Below are positions 29,519-38,800 of a stretch of 64,000 nucleotides of DNA, piece after piece. The translations under genes were made by a program, and so were the position numbers. The notes below the pieces were generated by a model. It saw only the letters and a program-made list of their open reading frames with translations, did not search any database and was not told the DNA's origin. The stretch's first letter is position 1. Each line of letters begins with the position of its first letter. The stretch is from Bacillota bacterium (GTDB taxonomy: Bacteria; Bacillota; SHA-98; UBA4971): contig JAPXLY010000001.1 in NCBI GenBank assembly GCA_033809295.1, positions 10,340 through 74,339 of the forward strand, read 5' to 3'.

Positions 29519-30514
29519 TTATGTTCTGGCAGAACCGGCAGGGCTTCGGTTTCCCTGCTTGGTGGAAAACCTCTCGTATATGCGAATGCAGCTCCAGATG
29601 GCAATAACGCCTCCTAGGGCTGTAGTTCCGAGCCTGCCGCCAATTCCCCCGAGGGAAGGTGCCCCCCATACCAAGACGAGCCCTGCAACGATACCTGCCA
29701 ATGCCATAAACCATTCGTTAGGGATTCGTGCCCTGGTGGACATACCTGCATAAGACCCACAGGCACAGGCGGCTGCTAAAGTCGCGCCAACCTCAGGAAA
29801 TAGGGCTGGCAGGATCAGCCCACCTACAACGCTTACGATACCGCTTCCCATAATCGGACCGTGTTTGAACCTGGTGCTGACAATATATGCGGCTTCCGCA
29901 GAAACAACCGCCACCGGCACGACGTATTTACCTACAGACCAATCCGGCACCGAAGCTGTAAGCATCTTGTTACCTGCTATCAATGCTGCTATGGTGCAAC
30001 CTGCTGCTGCCATGGCACCGAGTTTCCCGCCGAGACCGTTCATGGTTTCTTTTGCAAGCACGAATACAATTCCGGCTATTGCTGAAGCCAGTATCAGGTA
30101 CGGCACGCCCGGTAGGACCTTCATGGATACCATGCCGCAAAAGCTTCCGCAAGTGATAGCTGCGCCAAAGGCGGGCATAATCAGCGCAGCCAGAACTGTA
30201 ACCAGGCCTGCACCTAATACCGCTCCAAGACCTAGGGTTACGTTCAACCAATGGCTGGCCAGAGCCCCTCCAATAACTGCAACAACGAGTTGTAGGTCGG
30301 AAGCGCTAAGGGGCGGGTTCTTGGCGTTTTGAGCTGTAGGCCACTCAAACCAGTATCCTACCAGGAGGGTAAGCACTGCAAGCGCCAGTGGCACTGCAGC
30401 AGGTGAAGTAAGGACTACACTTTGCATAAAGCCTGTTATGTACAGATAACCGCTTATTGCCACCAGTACGACGAACCCTATCATTGACCTTTTCATTGTG
30501 ACGCTCCTCTCCAC
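29519..30514 (-). CDS. Hypothetical Gly/Ala-rich polytopic membrane protein (about 10 TM)
   Basis: Highly hydrophobic, no soluble domains. Adjacent to fdhD, so a small-solute transporter role is possible but unsupported. Confidence 0.5.
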   Translation of the reverse strand: MERSVTMKRSMIGFVVLVAISGYLYITGFMQSVVLTSPAAVPLALAVLTLLVGYWFEWPTAQNAKNPPLSASDLQLVVAVIGGALASHWLNVTLGLGAVLGAGLVTVLAALIMPAFGAAITCGSFCGMVSMKVLPGVPYLILASAIAGIVFVLAKETMNGLGGKLGAMAAAGCTIAALIAGNKMLTASVPDWSVGKYVVPVAVVSAEAAYIVSTRFKHGPIMGSGIVSVVGGLILPALFPEVGATLAAACACGSYAGMSTRARIPNEWFMALAGIVAGLVLVWGAPSLGGIGGRLGTTALGGVIAIWSCIRIYERFSTKQGNRSPAGSART

Positions 30515-30648
30515 AAGGTATTTTCAGTTGTTAGGCGATTTAGCGATCGTGCTTTGGGTTACGCTTTAGAGTCAAAGCTCAATCCATTGAGGCAGGACGC
30601 TGCTGCGTAGCAGGTAAAACCAGCGCCTGCCGGATCCCAACATCATGT

Positions 30649-31482
30649 TTAGCCAGGTTTAGTATGTTTTCGGCCGGCAGGGTCTATGCCTGCCACCCGT
30701 TCCGAATTCGAATACACCGTCATGCGCCGGTCTCTGACAAACCCTATTATGGTCACTCCTGTCTTTTGAGCAGTTTTTACTGCCACATCCGTTGGAGGCG
30801 CTTTTGACGCTACTATAGGTATTTCGGCGGAAACCATCTTGTCCACGATTTCTGCGTTAATCCTACCGGTTAGAGCGACCATCTTATTGTCCAGAGGAAT
30901 TCTTTCAAGAAACGCATGGCCTATCACTTTATCTACAGCGTTGTGGCGGCCTATATCTTCGTGCCACAGCAAGATTCCTTTATTGTCACACAATGCTGCA
31001 GCGTGAGAGGCGCCTGTCATTTCAAAAAGTGAGGAGCGCTTCAGCAGGTCATCGAATATCTCACACATGGTTCCCGGGTCAAATATGGGATATGGCTCTG
31101 AAACAGGTGGGGTCTGTTCCAGGTGGCAGCCTGAGCCTGCTTCCGGCAATTCTGCCGGTTTCGGTGCATCTTCCGGGGCCGTTTGCTCTGTCTCCACGTA
31201 GATTACATTCTTTTCAGGGAGGCACCTCAGTTCCACCACCCGGTCAGCATATCTAAGCAATCCTCCGGTTAAGAGGTGTCCCAGGGCAAGATACTTCATA
31301 CCGGACGGAGAACATGACGGAATATTCACTGAAATAGTACGGTAAAGCACAGTCAAGCTTGACTCAACTATGACCGTGTCCCGTGCTTCGCTGACTGTTT
31401 CGCCATTTGTCCCTATTGCAGAAAACCGTTTTATGGGGACTTCTGCATAGTCCGGACAATCTGAAGTATGGCCCACTCTCAA
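30649..31482 (-). CDS. fdhD: Formate dehydrogenase accessory sulfurtransferase FdhD
   Basis: FdhD family sequence (…DIGRHNAVDKVIG…) with conserved Cys. Confidence 0.8.
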   Translation of the reverse strand: MRVGHTSDCPDYAEVPIKRFSAIGTNGETVSEARDTVIVESSLTVLYRTISVNIPSCSPSGMKYLALGHLLTGGLLRYADRVVELRCLPEKNVIYVETEQTAPEDAPKPAELPEAGSGCHLEQTPPVSEPYPIFDPGTMCEIFDDLLKRSSLFEMTGASHAAALCDNKGILLWHEDIGRHNAVDKVIGHAFLERIPLDNKMVALTGRINAEIVDKMVSAEIPIVASKAPPTDVAVKTAQKTGVTIIGFVRDRRMTVYSNSERVAGIDPAGRKHTKPG

Positions 31483-31539
31483 CCCCTCTTTTAGTGTCCC
31501 TACATGCTTGAACGCCTTCGAATAGGACTATAAGCGCGC

Positions 31540-32217
31540 TTACCGTAAACTATGCTGTAAATTACACATGAACTTACACAAATCCTCTTTCGTATTTATG
31601 TTCACGAAAGACCGCAGTTCAGGGTCAATGGCCCGGATGTCAGTTTCATCCGCATAGCCTATGTTGACCTTGGAGAATACGCTTCTTACGCGGTAGTCTC
31701 CTTTTGCCAGGCTATCTCTGATCGGCGCCATGCATTTTCTGGAGTATAGTGCAAATAGCGGTTCGAGGTAAGAACCGAGCCTCGGGATAAAAATATCATA
31801 GCCGTCGCAACCTGTGACCATCCACCTTATCAGGTTGGAGTCAGCACACGGCATGTCGCAAGCAATAACGAAACAATAAGGGGTTTTGCACACTGACAGG
31901 GCACTGTAAATCCCAACCAGGGGTCCGTTTCCCTCTATACAATCGCCAATCGTCCGAACCCCGGGCACATGAAAGTCATCTGCATTCTTGGCTACAATAA
32001 GGATGTCTGAAAAGGCCTCTCTAAGTGCGTCAACAACATACATGATCATCTGCCTGCCATCAACGACTATGGAGGGCTTGTCCAAGCCCATCCTTCTACT
32101 TTTCCCCCCGGCGAGCACTGCACCGGTGATATGGTCGTTTCTCATTTTTGCAGCATAATTACGATTTACCGCATATTTGAGCCCGAATCCCCGGATGCAT
32201 AAGCTAAATTGCAGCAA
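31540..32217 (-). CDS. mobA: Molybdenum cofactor guanylyltransferase MobA
   Basis: AVLAGGKSRRMG motif. Probable start at the internal Met (MRNDHITGAVLAGG). 14-nt overlap with the fdhA end. Confidence 0.7.
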   Translation of the reverse strand: MLQFSLCIRGFGLKYAVNRNYAAKMRNDHITGAVLAGGKSRRMGLDKPSIVVDGRQMIMYVVDALREAFSDILIVAKNADDFHVPGVRTIGDCIEGNGPLVGIYSALSVCKTPYCFVIACDMPCADSNLIRWMVTGCDGYDIFIPRLGSYLEPLFALYSRKCMAPIRDSLAKGDYRVRSVFSKVNIGYADETDIRAIDPELRSFVNINTKEDLCKFMCNLQHSLR

Positions 32218-34981
32218 CCGGAGAAGCCAATTCCTGGTCGGGCGGTATCGGCCGGTCTTCTCCAGTAGGGTTTACCTGTACCTTTCCTTTGGCTTCATCA
32301 GGAAGGCGGTCTATTCGTACAGCACATACTTTAAACTCAGGGATTTTTGCCTTTGGATCCAAAGCCGGATTAGTCAGCACGTTGGCTGCCGCTTCAGCGA
32401 AGTGGAACGGCATAAATACCACACCGGGAGCAGGCCACGAAGTAACCATGGCCTTAACTTTGACTTCGCCTCTGCGGGAAGACACCAGAACCATCTCTCC
32501 GTCAGCGATACCCAGGTCTTTAGCAGTTTCCGGCGAGATTTCAATATACCCTTCAGGCCTATGGGCGTTGAGTGCCTTGGCCCTTCTGGTCATTGAGCCC
32601 GTATGGTAGTGATACAGCATCCGTCCTGTTGTAAGAGTTAACGGGTATTCTTCATCAGGGAGCTCTGCCGCGGGAATATATTCAACAGCAGTGAACAGTC
32701 CCAGGCCGCGGGAGAATTTGCCTTTATGCAAGTATGGCGTACCAGGGTGGTCCTCTGCAGGGCATGGCCACTGGAGCCCGTCGCCGGCTAACCGGCTATT
32801 AACTATTCCTCCGTAGATTGGCGTAAGCGAAGCGATCTCATCCAGTACTTCAGCAGGTGAGGAGTAGTTCATCGGATAACCCATCCGGTTTGATATCTCA
32901 GTGATGATTTCCCAGTCAGTCCTTGCTTCACCCGGAGGGTTTACTGCTTTTCTCACAAGCTGGACCCGTCTTTCCGTGCTGGTGAAAGTCCCCTCTTGTT
33001 CTGCGAAACAAGCGGAAGGAAGCACTACGTCTGCCAGTCTGGCTGTCTCCGTAAGAAAAATATCTTGCACGACCAGGAAGTCAAGATTCCTGAGTGCAGT
33101 TTCCACATGGTTGATGTCCGGGTCAGACACCATTGGGTTTTCACCCATAATGTAGAGGCCTTTGAGATTGCCATCGTAGGCGGCATTGATAGCTTCAGTT
33201 ACCGCAAGGCCTGGATTGGGTGGTAGTTCACATCCCCATGCCTTTTCGAATTTACCTCGAATGGCAGGGTCAGTGACTGCCTGATAACCCGGGAAAAGGT
33301 TGGGGAGTGCGCCCATGTCGCAGGCTCCTTGAACGTTATTCTGCCCGCGAAGGGGGTTGACTCCGACGCTTTCCTTACCCAGATTACCTGTGAGCATGGC
33401 CAAGTTTGCAGTTGAAAGCACGTTGTCGGTTCCGGTGGAATGCTGGGTTATGCCCATTGAGTAGATTAGGCTGGCCGTATCCGCTGTCGCGTAGGCTATT
33501 GCAGCTTCGATTATGTCGTCGGCTGGAACGCCGGTTATTTCTGATACGTGCTCAGGGGTATATTTACTTACAGAGTCCTTAAGAGCCTCAAAATTCTCAG
33601 TCCTTGTTTCGATGAAGTCCTTGTCGTGGAGGCCTTTGTCTATAATTACGTTCATCATACCGTTCAGAAGCGCAACGTCGGTACCGGGGCGATGCTGCAG
33701 GTAAATGTGTGCTTTTTGAGCCAGTTCAACTCTTCTGGGGTCTGCAACGATAAGTTTGGCGCCTCTTCTGAGTGCTTCTTTTACCTGAATACCGATTACA
33801 GGATGGTTTTCAGTAGTATTTGAACCAATGATGAACACTGCCTTGGCGTCTGCTATTTCGTGGATGGAGTTTGTCATAGCACCACTGCCGAAACTTGCGG
33901 CAAGTCCCGCAACGGTTGAAGCGTGACATAACCTGGCACAATGGTCAACGTTGTTAGTGCCTATAGTAGCTCTGGCAAGTTTTTGCATGAGATAGTTCGC
34001 TTCGTTTGTGCATTTGGCAGAGGAGAAAAATGCTACCGCATCAGGGCTGTGGCTATGTGCCAATTCGCCGAGTTTGGAACTCACGAGTTCAAGGGCTTCA
34101 TCCCAGGAGGCCTCCCTAAACCCATCGCCTTCCCTGATTAACGGTACCCTAAGCCGGTCCGGGTGATGGATAAAGTCAAGTCCGAACCTACCCTTAACGC
34201 AAGTGAATCCTTTGTTCACAGGGCCGTCCGCACCCGAAGCACCTACTACCTTGCCGTTTTTAACGTGCAGGTAAATGAGGCATCCTGTGCCACAGTACGG
34301 ACACGTGGTTTCCACTTTCGCGATCTCCCAAAAGCGGCCCTGCCCAATGCTTTGCTTTGGAATGAGGGCCCCTACAGGACAAACTTGCACGCAGTTGCCA
34401 CAAAATACGCATGGGGAGTTTTCTAACGGTTCTCCCCATGCAGGTGCCACTACAGTTTCATAGCCCCTGCCCACTGGGCTAATAGCATCCTGTCCTTGGA
34501 TGTCACTGCAAACAGCGACACATCGTCCGCATAAAATGCATTTACTTAAGTCTCTGATAAAGAAGGGGTTGGTATCGTCCAGTTCGGGAGCAGTTCTGTC
34601 TGAAGGGAATCTTCGCTCTTCCAGGCCGTACTCGTATGCGTACTCCTGAAGTTTGCAATCTCCGTTTTTTTCACAAGTCATACAATCCGTACGGTGGTTT
34701 GACAAGATGAGTTCCAGCACATTGCGTCTTGCTTGGCGCACAAATTCGGTATTAGTTTTGACTACCATGTTATTGACTACTGGAGTCACGCACGAAGCCA
34801 CAAGCGTCTTGGCCCTTTCAACTTCCACCAGGCATACTCTGCATCTGCCGGTTTCGTTTATATCCTTGAGATAACACAATGACGGTATCTCAATTCCGGC
34901 AGTTTTAGCAGCCTCCAAGATTGACGTTCCCTCTTCAACTTGAACCTGCGCACCGTCAATTGTCAGCGTTACCGAAGGCAT
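32204..34981 (-). CDS. fdhA: Formate dehydrogenase catalytic subunit (Mo/W-bisPGD), Cys-type, with NuoG-like N-terminal 2Fe-2S/4Fe-4S domains
   Basis: N-terminal 2Fe-2S ferredoxin, His-ligated cluster and two 4Fe-4S motifs. Molybdopterin oxidoreductase body. Active-site segment HCARLCH has Cys where Sec would be. No in-frame TGA. Confidence 0.85.
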   Translation of the reverse strand: MPSVTLTIDGAQVQVEEGTSILEAAKTAGIEIPSLCYLKDINETGRCRVCLVEVERAKTLVASCVTPVVNNMVVKTNTEFVRQARRNVLELILSNHRTDCMTCEKNGDCKLQEYAYEYGLEERRFPSDRTAPELDDTNPFFIRDLSKCILCGRCVAVCSDIQGQDAISPVGRGYETVVAPAWGEPLENSPCVFCGNCVQVCPVGALIPKQSIGQGRFWEIAKVETTCPYCGTGCLIYLHVKNGKVVGASGADGPVNKGFTCVKGRFGLDFIHHPDRLRVPLIREGDGFREASWDEALELVSSKLGELAHSHSPDAVAFFSSAKCTNEANYLMQKLARATIGTNNVDHCARLCHASTVAGLAASFGSGAMTNSIHEIADAKAVFIIGSNTTENHPVIGIQVKEALRRGAKLIVADPRRVELAQKAHIYLQHRPGTDVALLNGMMNVIIDKGLHDKDFIETRTENFEALKDSVSKYTPEHVSEITGVPADDIIEAAIAYATADTASLIYSMGITQHSTGTDNVLSTANLAMLTGNLGKESVGVNPLRGQNNVQGACDMGALPNLFPGYQAVTDPAIRGKFEKAWGCELPPNPGLAVTEAINAAYDGNLKGLYIMGENPMVSDPDINHVETALRNLDFLVVQDIFLTETARLADVVLPSACFAEQEGTFTSTERRVQLVRKAVNPPGEARTDWEIITEISNRMGYPMNYSSPAEVLDEIASLTPIYGGIVNSRLAGDGLQWPCPAEDHPGTPYLHKGKFSRGLGLFTAVEYIPAAELPDEEYPLTLTTGRMLYHYHTGSMTRRAKALNAHRPEGYIEISPETAKDLGIADGEMVLVSSRRGEVKVKAMVTSWPAPGVVFMPFHFAEAAANVLTNPALDPKAKIPEFKVCAVRIDRLPDEAKGKVQVNPTGEDRPIPPDQELASPVAAI

Positions 34982-35052
34982 GACGACACCTCTCTTCGTT
35001 CAGTGTATTCCGTGCTGTTCAAGATTATTGAATTCAGTTGCAATTCGCTAAT

Positions 35053-35081
35053 ATAATAACAAAAAACATAAAATAAGGCAA
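35053..35081 (-). promoter_or_regulatory. Putative sigma-A promoter for fdhA-mobA (TTGCCT-17-TATTAT on the minus strand)
   Basis: Good -35/-10 hexamers with 17-nt spacing, about 70 nt upstream of the fdhA start. Confidence 0.35.
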
Positions 35082-35351
35082 CGCCGGTCCACAAAAGCCA
35101 GGAATTCCCCAAGCGCCACGTTCCCCGCGTCTTCCTTTATGTATGTTGATCTATTGGGCTTAGGGCGCGGGGACTCTCTCTTCTCCGCAGTATTCGCGCA
35201 GGTTTGCCACATGTTGCGCTCTATGCCTTGCGGAATGCATGCACAAAAGCTGTCTACTCCGTGCAAGCGCATAGCACAAAACCCGAAGCTGTTACTTAGT
35301 ATAGACATGTAAGGGGAGGAATGTCTTCTCCTTTGGAAGGGGGTGGAATGC

Positions 35352-35711
35352 ATGAGATGGCTGAAGGTTCTCTGGAACGTGATAACCAGTGAGTCAGTGA
35401 TGGAGCCGCTAATCATAATCCTTGTAGGTTATGCGCTGCAAGTATATCAGAGGAACCGCAAATACCAGATTATTGCGGATACTACTGTAGACATAGTGGA
35501 CTATATTGAAGAGCACTATAAAGAATGGGGCATAAAAGGCGATCAGAAAATGGAGAAATTCATCGAGCTCTTCATTGAGGAATACAAGAAAGCTACCGGG
35601 AGAGTTCCAAAGGGAGAAGATCTCCAGACCGCAAGACTCAGGGCTGAAGCCCATGTTCAGCGTGGGCGGCGAGGGGACATGATTAACTTGCGGAATCGTA
35701 GAGTCGCGTGA
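35352..35711 (+). CDS. Hypothetical small membrane protein, holin-like (LL-H / Holin_6 family architecture)
   Basis: One N-terminal TM followed by a charged helical C-terminal domain. Sequence pattern resembles LL-H family phage holins. No phage neighbours. Confidence 0.4.
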   Translation: MRWLKVLWNVITSESVMEPLIIILVGYALQVYQRNRKYQIIADTTVDIVDYIEEHYKEWGIKGDQKMEKFIELFIEEYKKATGRVPKGEDLQTARLRAEAHVQRGRRGDMINLRNRRVA

Positions 35712-35742
35712 GAAGAATCTGTTGTTGGAAGCCATGCGCCTC

Positions 35743-35770
35743 TTGATATGTGGGCCGGCAGTGATATAAT
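35743..35770 (+). promoter_or_regulatory. Near-consensus sigma-A promoter (TTGATA-16-TATAAT) in front of the trkH fragment
   Basis: Strong hexamers directly upstream of the truncated trkH/ktrB remnant. Confidence 0.45.
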
Positions 35771-35814
35771 TCCGTTGCCCCTAAGGGATTGTCCCGAGTA
35801 TCGGAGGAGTTGGA

Positions 35815-36081
35815 TTGGCTGCCGAGGCGCAAAGGCCGGTGTCAGGGAACCGGCGGAAGTTCTCGGGAAGGTTTAGCAGGTTAAGCCCGCAGCAAGTTCT
35901 TGTAATAGGCTTCGCTGCTCTCATAGTTCCAGGTGGCGTGCTCCTCAGCCTCCCGGTAGCTTCTCGCAGTGGTGGCAGGCTTCCTTTTGAAGATGCGCTT
36001 TTTACATCTACATCGGCTGTGTGCGTAACCGGACTTGTAGTTGACTATGTTCAGCGGCCGTTTAGGCCCGCTTTACAGTAG
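35815..36081 (+). pseudogene. trkH: Truncated N-terminal fragment (88 codons) of a TrkH/KtrB K+ transporter
   Basis: …LSPQQVLVIGFAALIVPGGVLLSLPVAS…LFTSTSAVCVTGLVV matches the first TrkH/KtrB helix-pore region. Homology is lost and a stop appears about 80 codons in. Full length would be about 450 aa. Confidence 0.6.
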
Positions 36082-36231
36082 CTGCTGCAATTGCTCAGAA
36101 ACAGCATGTTGTGCAAGTGCGTTATCCCGAAGAAAAAGTCATGGTCGGATAAAAATCAGCATTCCGGCTTGGCGCGAGTCATCATAGTATATAAGCGATT
36201 CCGAATCTAGTCAGTGGGAGGGGGCAAGAGA

Positions 36232-36690
36232 ATGCTGCCGACTCCACGGAGATTCACGTTGGTTGCAGGAAGCGCAGAAGGGGATACGCAACTTACAGCA
36301 TTCGATAAGGCGTTGCTTGTGGCGGGCGTTGGTAATTTGAACCTTGTCAGGGTTTCCAGTATTCTTCCCCCCGGTGCTGAGTATTCGCAGCAAATTGATA
36401 TTCCACCCGGATTTCTCACGCCGATTGCATATGGGACTATCAGCAGCGAAGTTCCCGGCCTTGTTATCTCTGCTGCTATCGGCGTAGGCGTCATAACCGG
36501 AAGCTTCGGCGTGATCATGGAATTTACCGGGATATGCAGGAAAGCCGAGGCAGAGAAGAGGGTTGAGAAGATGGTGCGCGAAGCCCTGGCCATCCGTAAT
36601 GCCCATCCTGAGAGAATAATGGTGAAGGCCACGGAACACGTGGTAGAGAAAGTGGGGTGTTCATTTGCCGGCGCCGTCCTATGGTACTGA
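36232..36690 (+). CDS. pdaD: Pyruvoyl-dependent arginine decarboxylase (PdaD family)
   Basis: …LLVAGVGNLNLVRVSSILPPG… matches the pyruvoyl-ArgDC motif including the SS self-cleavage site. Size about 150 aa. RBS GGGAGGGGG before the ATG at 36232. Confidence 0.7.
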   Translation: MLPTPRRFTLVAGSAEGDTQLTAFDKALLVAGVGNLNLVRVSSILPPGAEYSQQIDIPPGFLTPIAYGTISSEVPGLVISAAIGVGVITGSFGVIMEFTGICRKAEAEKRVEKMVREALAIRNAHPERIMVKATEHVVEKVGCSFAGAVLWY

Positions 36691-36696
36691 GTATGG

Positions 36697-36917
36697 GTTC
36701 ATTAGTTTTCGCCGGTTTTCCGATTGTCTTGGGTGGCCTCGCACGGTACGTACGTTTCTCAGAGCTAGCGATTACTTGTGGCGAAGACCGTTCGACTTCT
36801 CCAGTAATCGCCAGTTTCGCCGAAGACGTCGGCCAGTTCTTGCGATTCGGGCGGGCTGTGTTAACATAATATGGGAGAGAACAACGGTCTCATGGCGATC
36901 TACTTAGATGCAACACC
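36697..36917. repeat. Mosaic dispersed intergenic repeat, copy C (M1 and M2 inverted relative to copy A, 29-nt insert, M3 end, TGCAACACC flank)
   Basis: Starts 7 nt after the pdaD stop. M1 and M2 are each the reverse complement of their copy-A counterparts, but in the same left-to-right order, with M3 unchanged at the right end. Spurious ORFs 36657-36907 and 36665-36907 translate it. Confidence 0.7.
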
Positions 36918-37036
36918 GGAGGAAACACCGGAGGAAATTGGTTGTCATTAGACATCGGTCACAGTTATAATGTATGATGGTAACCCGGGGCGTTCGGTAA
37001 TGCCCGGCTGCAACAGAGTATTTGGAGCTGCAATTT

Positions 37037-38797
37037 ATGAGACGGAAATTTCAGGTGTTAGATGACTTTTTTGCGCGACATCGGTATAGGTATGTCATAG
37101 GGGTGCTGTTCTTTCTCGCTGTTGATGTTCTTCAACTGCTGGTTCCACGGCTGCTCGGTAATATGACTGATGAGTTTCGAGAAGGCGTCTTGACAATGCA
37201 AGGACTCCTTCGTTACGTATTTCTTATTATCGGCATAGCCGTCCTTGTGGCAGTGGGAAGGTACTTCTGGCGCATCTACCTGTTTGGAACGGCAAGACTC
37301 CTTGACTATGCTCTGAGGAACAAGTTCTTTGCCCACCTTGAGACGCTATCCGCGGATTTCTTCAACAGGCACAAGACAGGCGAACTGATGGCACATGCTA
37401 CCAATGATATCCATGCAGTCCGCCATGCATTCGGACAAGGCATAATGTTATCGATAGACGCAGTATTTCTCACTATCGCCACTGTCTCGATTATGCTGAC
37501 TACTATTGATACTCGCCTTGTACTCCTGGGCCTTCTGCCGTTACCCTTCGTTGCCCTGGTCGTCACCGGGTTTTCCAGAGTGATACATTCGAGGTTTCTC
37601 AGAGTCCAAGAAGCTTTCGCCGGCCTTACTGACTTTGTTCAGGAGAATCTCAGCGGTATCCGAGTGGTCAAGGCTTTTGTCCAGGAAGAAGCTGAATTGG
37701 CAAGGTTCATGCATTCAAATGAGACGCTTGTTGCCACTAACATGCATTTAGTCAAGGTGTGGGGCCTTTTCTGGCCTCTTGTGCAGTATTTGGCCGGACT
37801 TAGCTTTGTGGTGGTACTGGGTTACGGTGGACGGTTGGTTGTCTTAGGTGACATAAGCCTCGGTGATTTCGTGGCATTTACGGGATATCTCGGAATAGCG
37901 ATATGGCCTATGATGGCAATAGGCTGGGTAGTCAACACTCTTCAACGAGGCATGGCGTCCATGGATAGGCTTAATCTGATATTCCGGGTACAGCCGAAAA
38001 TCACTGATCACGAGGATGCGGTGGATACTTCGGAGATTGAAGGGGAGATTGAATTTCGGGCTTTGACATTTGAGTATCCTGATGCGATTTCACCGGTGCT
38101 TCACGGAATCACCCTCCAAATCCCTCAAGGCATGACTCTGGGCATTCTTGGTCGTACAGGCAGTGGAAAAAGCACTCTTACAGATCTCCTCCTCAGAGTC
38201 TACGATCCTTCCCCCGGCGAGCTCCTCATTGATGGGATAGATATTACAAAGATCCCCTTGGCGATATTGAGGAGAGATATCGGCTATGTGCCGCAGGACG
38301 ACTTCTTGTTTTCAGCATCAATAGGGGAAAACATCGGATTTGCAAGTTCGGAGTTTTCTCGTGAAGAGGTGGAACACGCTGCTGAACTTGCAGGGGTCAA
38401 AGATGATATCCAGGGATTTCCCAAAGGGTTTGATACTCTTGTGGGCGAGCGGGGAGTTACCCTTTCCGGCGGGCAAAAACAGAGGGTTGCAATAGCGAGA
38501 GCGCTCGTTAAGGATCCCAGAATACTAATTCTCGATGACTGCTTCTCGGCAGTGGATACCGGAACAGAGGAGAGGATCCTCGAGTCACTGCGGGATGTAA
38601 GGCGGGGGAGGACGACTATCTTAATCTCCCATAGAATCTCCACTCTGAAGGAAGCGGATGAAATCATAGTCTTAGACGAGGGGCAAGTAGTCGAGAGGGG
38701 AGATCATGAGTCTCTTGTGGCTGCAGGGGGACTATATGCAGAGATTCATAGGCGACAATTGCTGGAAGCTGAACTCAGCTCTGATGAGGAGACATAA
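37037..38797 (+). CDS. ABC exporter, fused TMD-NBD half-transporter (heterodimer subunit 1)
   Basis: Six TM followed by Walker A GRTGSGKST, LSGGQKQR, Walker B LILDDCFSAVD. Confidence 0.8.
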   Translation: MRRKFQVLDDFFARHRYRYVIGVLFFLAVDVLQLLVPRLLGNMTDEFREGVLTMQGLLRYVFLIIGIAVLVAVGRYFWRIYLFGTARLLDYALRNKFFAHLETLSADFFNRHKTGELMAHATNDIHAVRHAFGQGIMLSIDAVFLTIATVSIMLTTIDTRLVLLGLLPLPFVALVVTGFSRVIHSRFLRVQEAFAGLTDFVQENLSGIRVVKAFVQEEAELARFMHSNETLVATNMHLVKVWGLFWPLVQYLAGLSFVVVLGYGGRLVVLGDISLGDFVAFTGYLGIAIWPMMAIGWVVNTLQRGMASMDRLNLIFRVQPKITDHEDAVDTSEIEGEIEFRALTFEYPDAISPVLHGITLQIPQGMTLGILGRTGSGKSTLTDLLLRVYDPSPGELLIDGIDITKIPLAILRRDIGYVPQDDFLFSASIGENIGFASSEFSREEVEHAAELAGVKDDIQGFPKGFDTLVGERGVTLSGGQKQRVAIARALVKDPRILILDDCFSAVDTGTEERILESLRDVRRGRTTILISHRISTLKEADEIIVLDEGQVVERGDHESLVAAGGLYAEIHRRQLLEAELSSDEET

Positions 38798-38800
38798 ATC

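Noticed and set aside
32204-34981. Selenocysteine in the formate dehydrogenase
   Set aside because: The ORF is uninterrupted. The residue aligned to the Sec position (HCARLCH) is TGC Cys, and no SECIS-like stop is present.
35048-35416. 122-aa minus-strand ORF spanning the fdhA upstream region and holin-like gene start
   Set aside because: It overlaps the promoter region and the opposite-strand CDS. There is no RBS or homology. Counted as a spurious antisense ORF, like the many other listed antisense ORFs inside fdhA, hydB, ileS and feoB.
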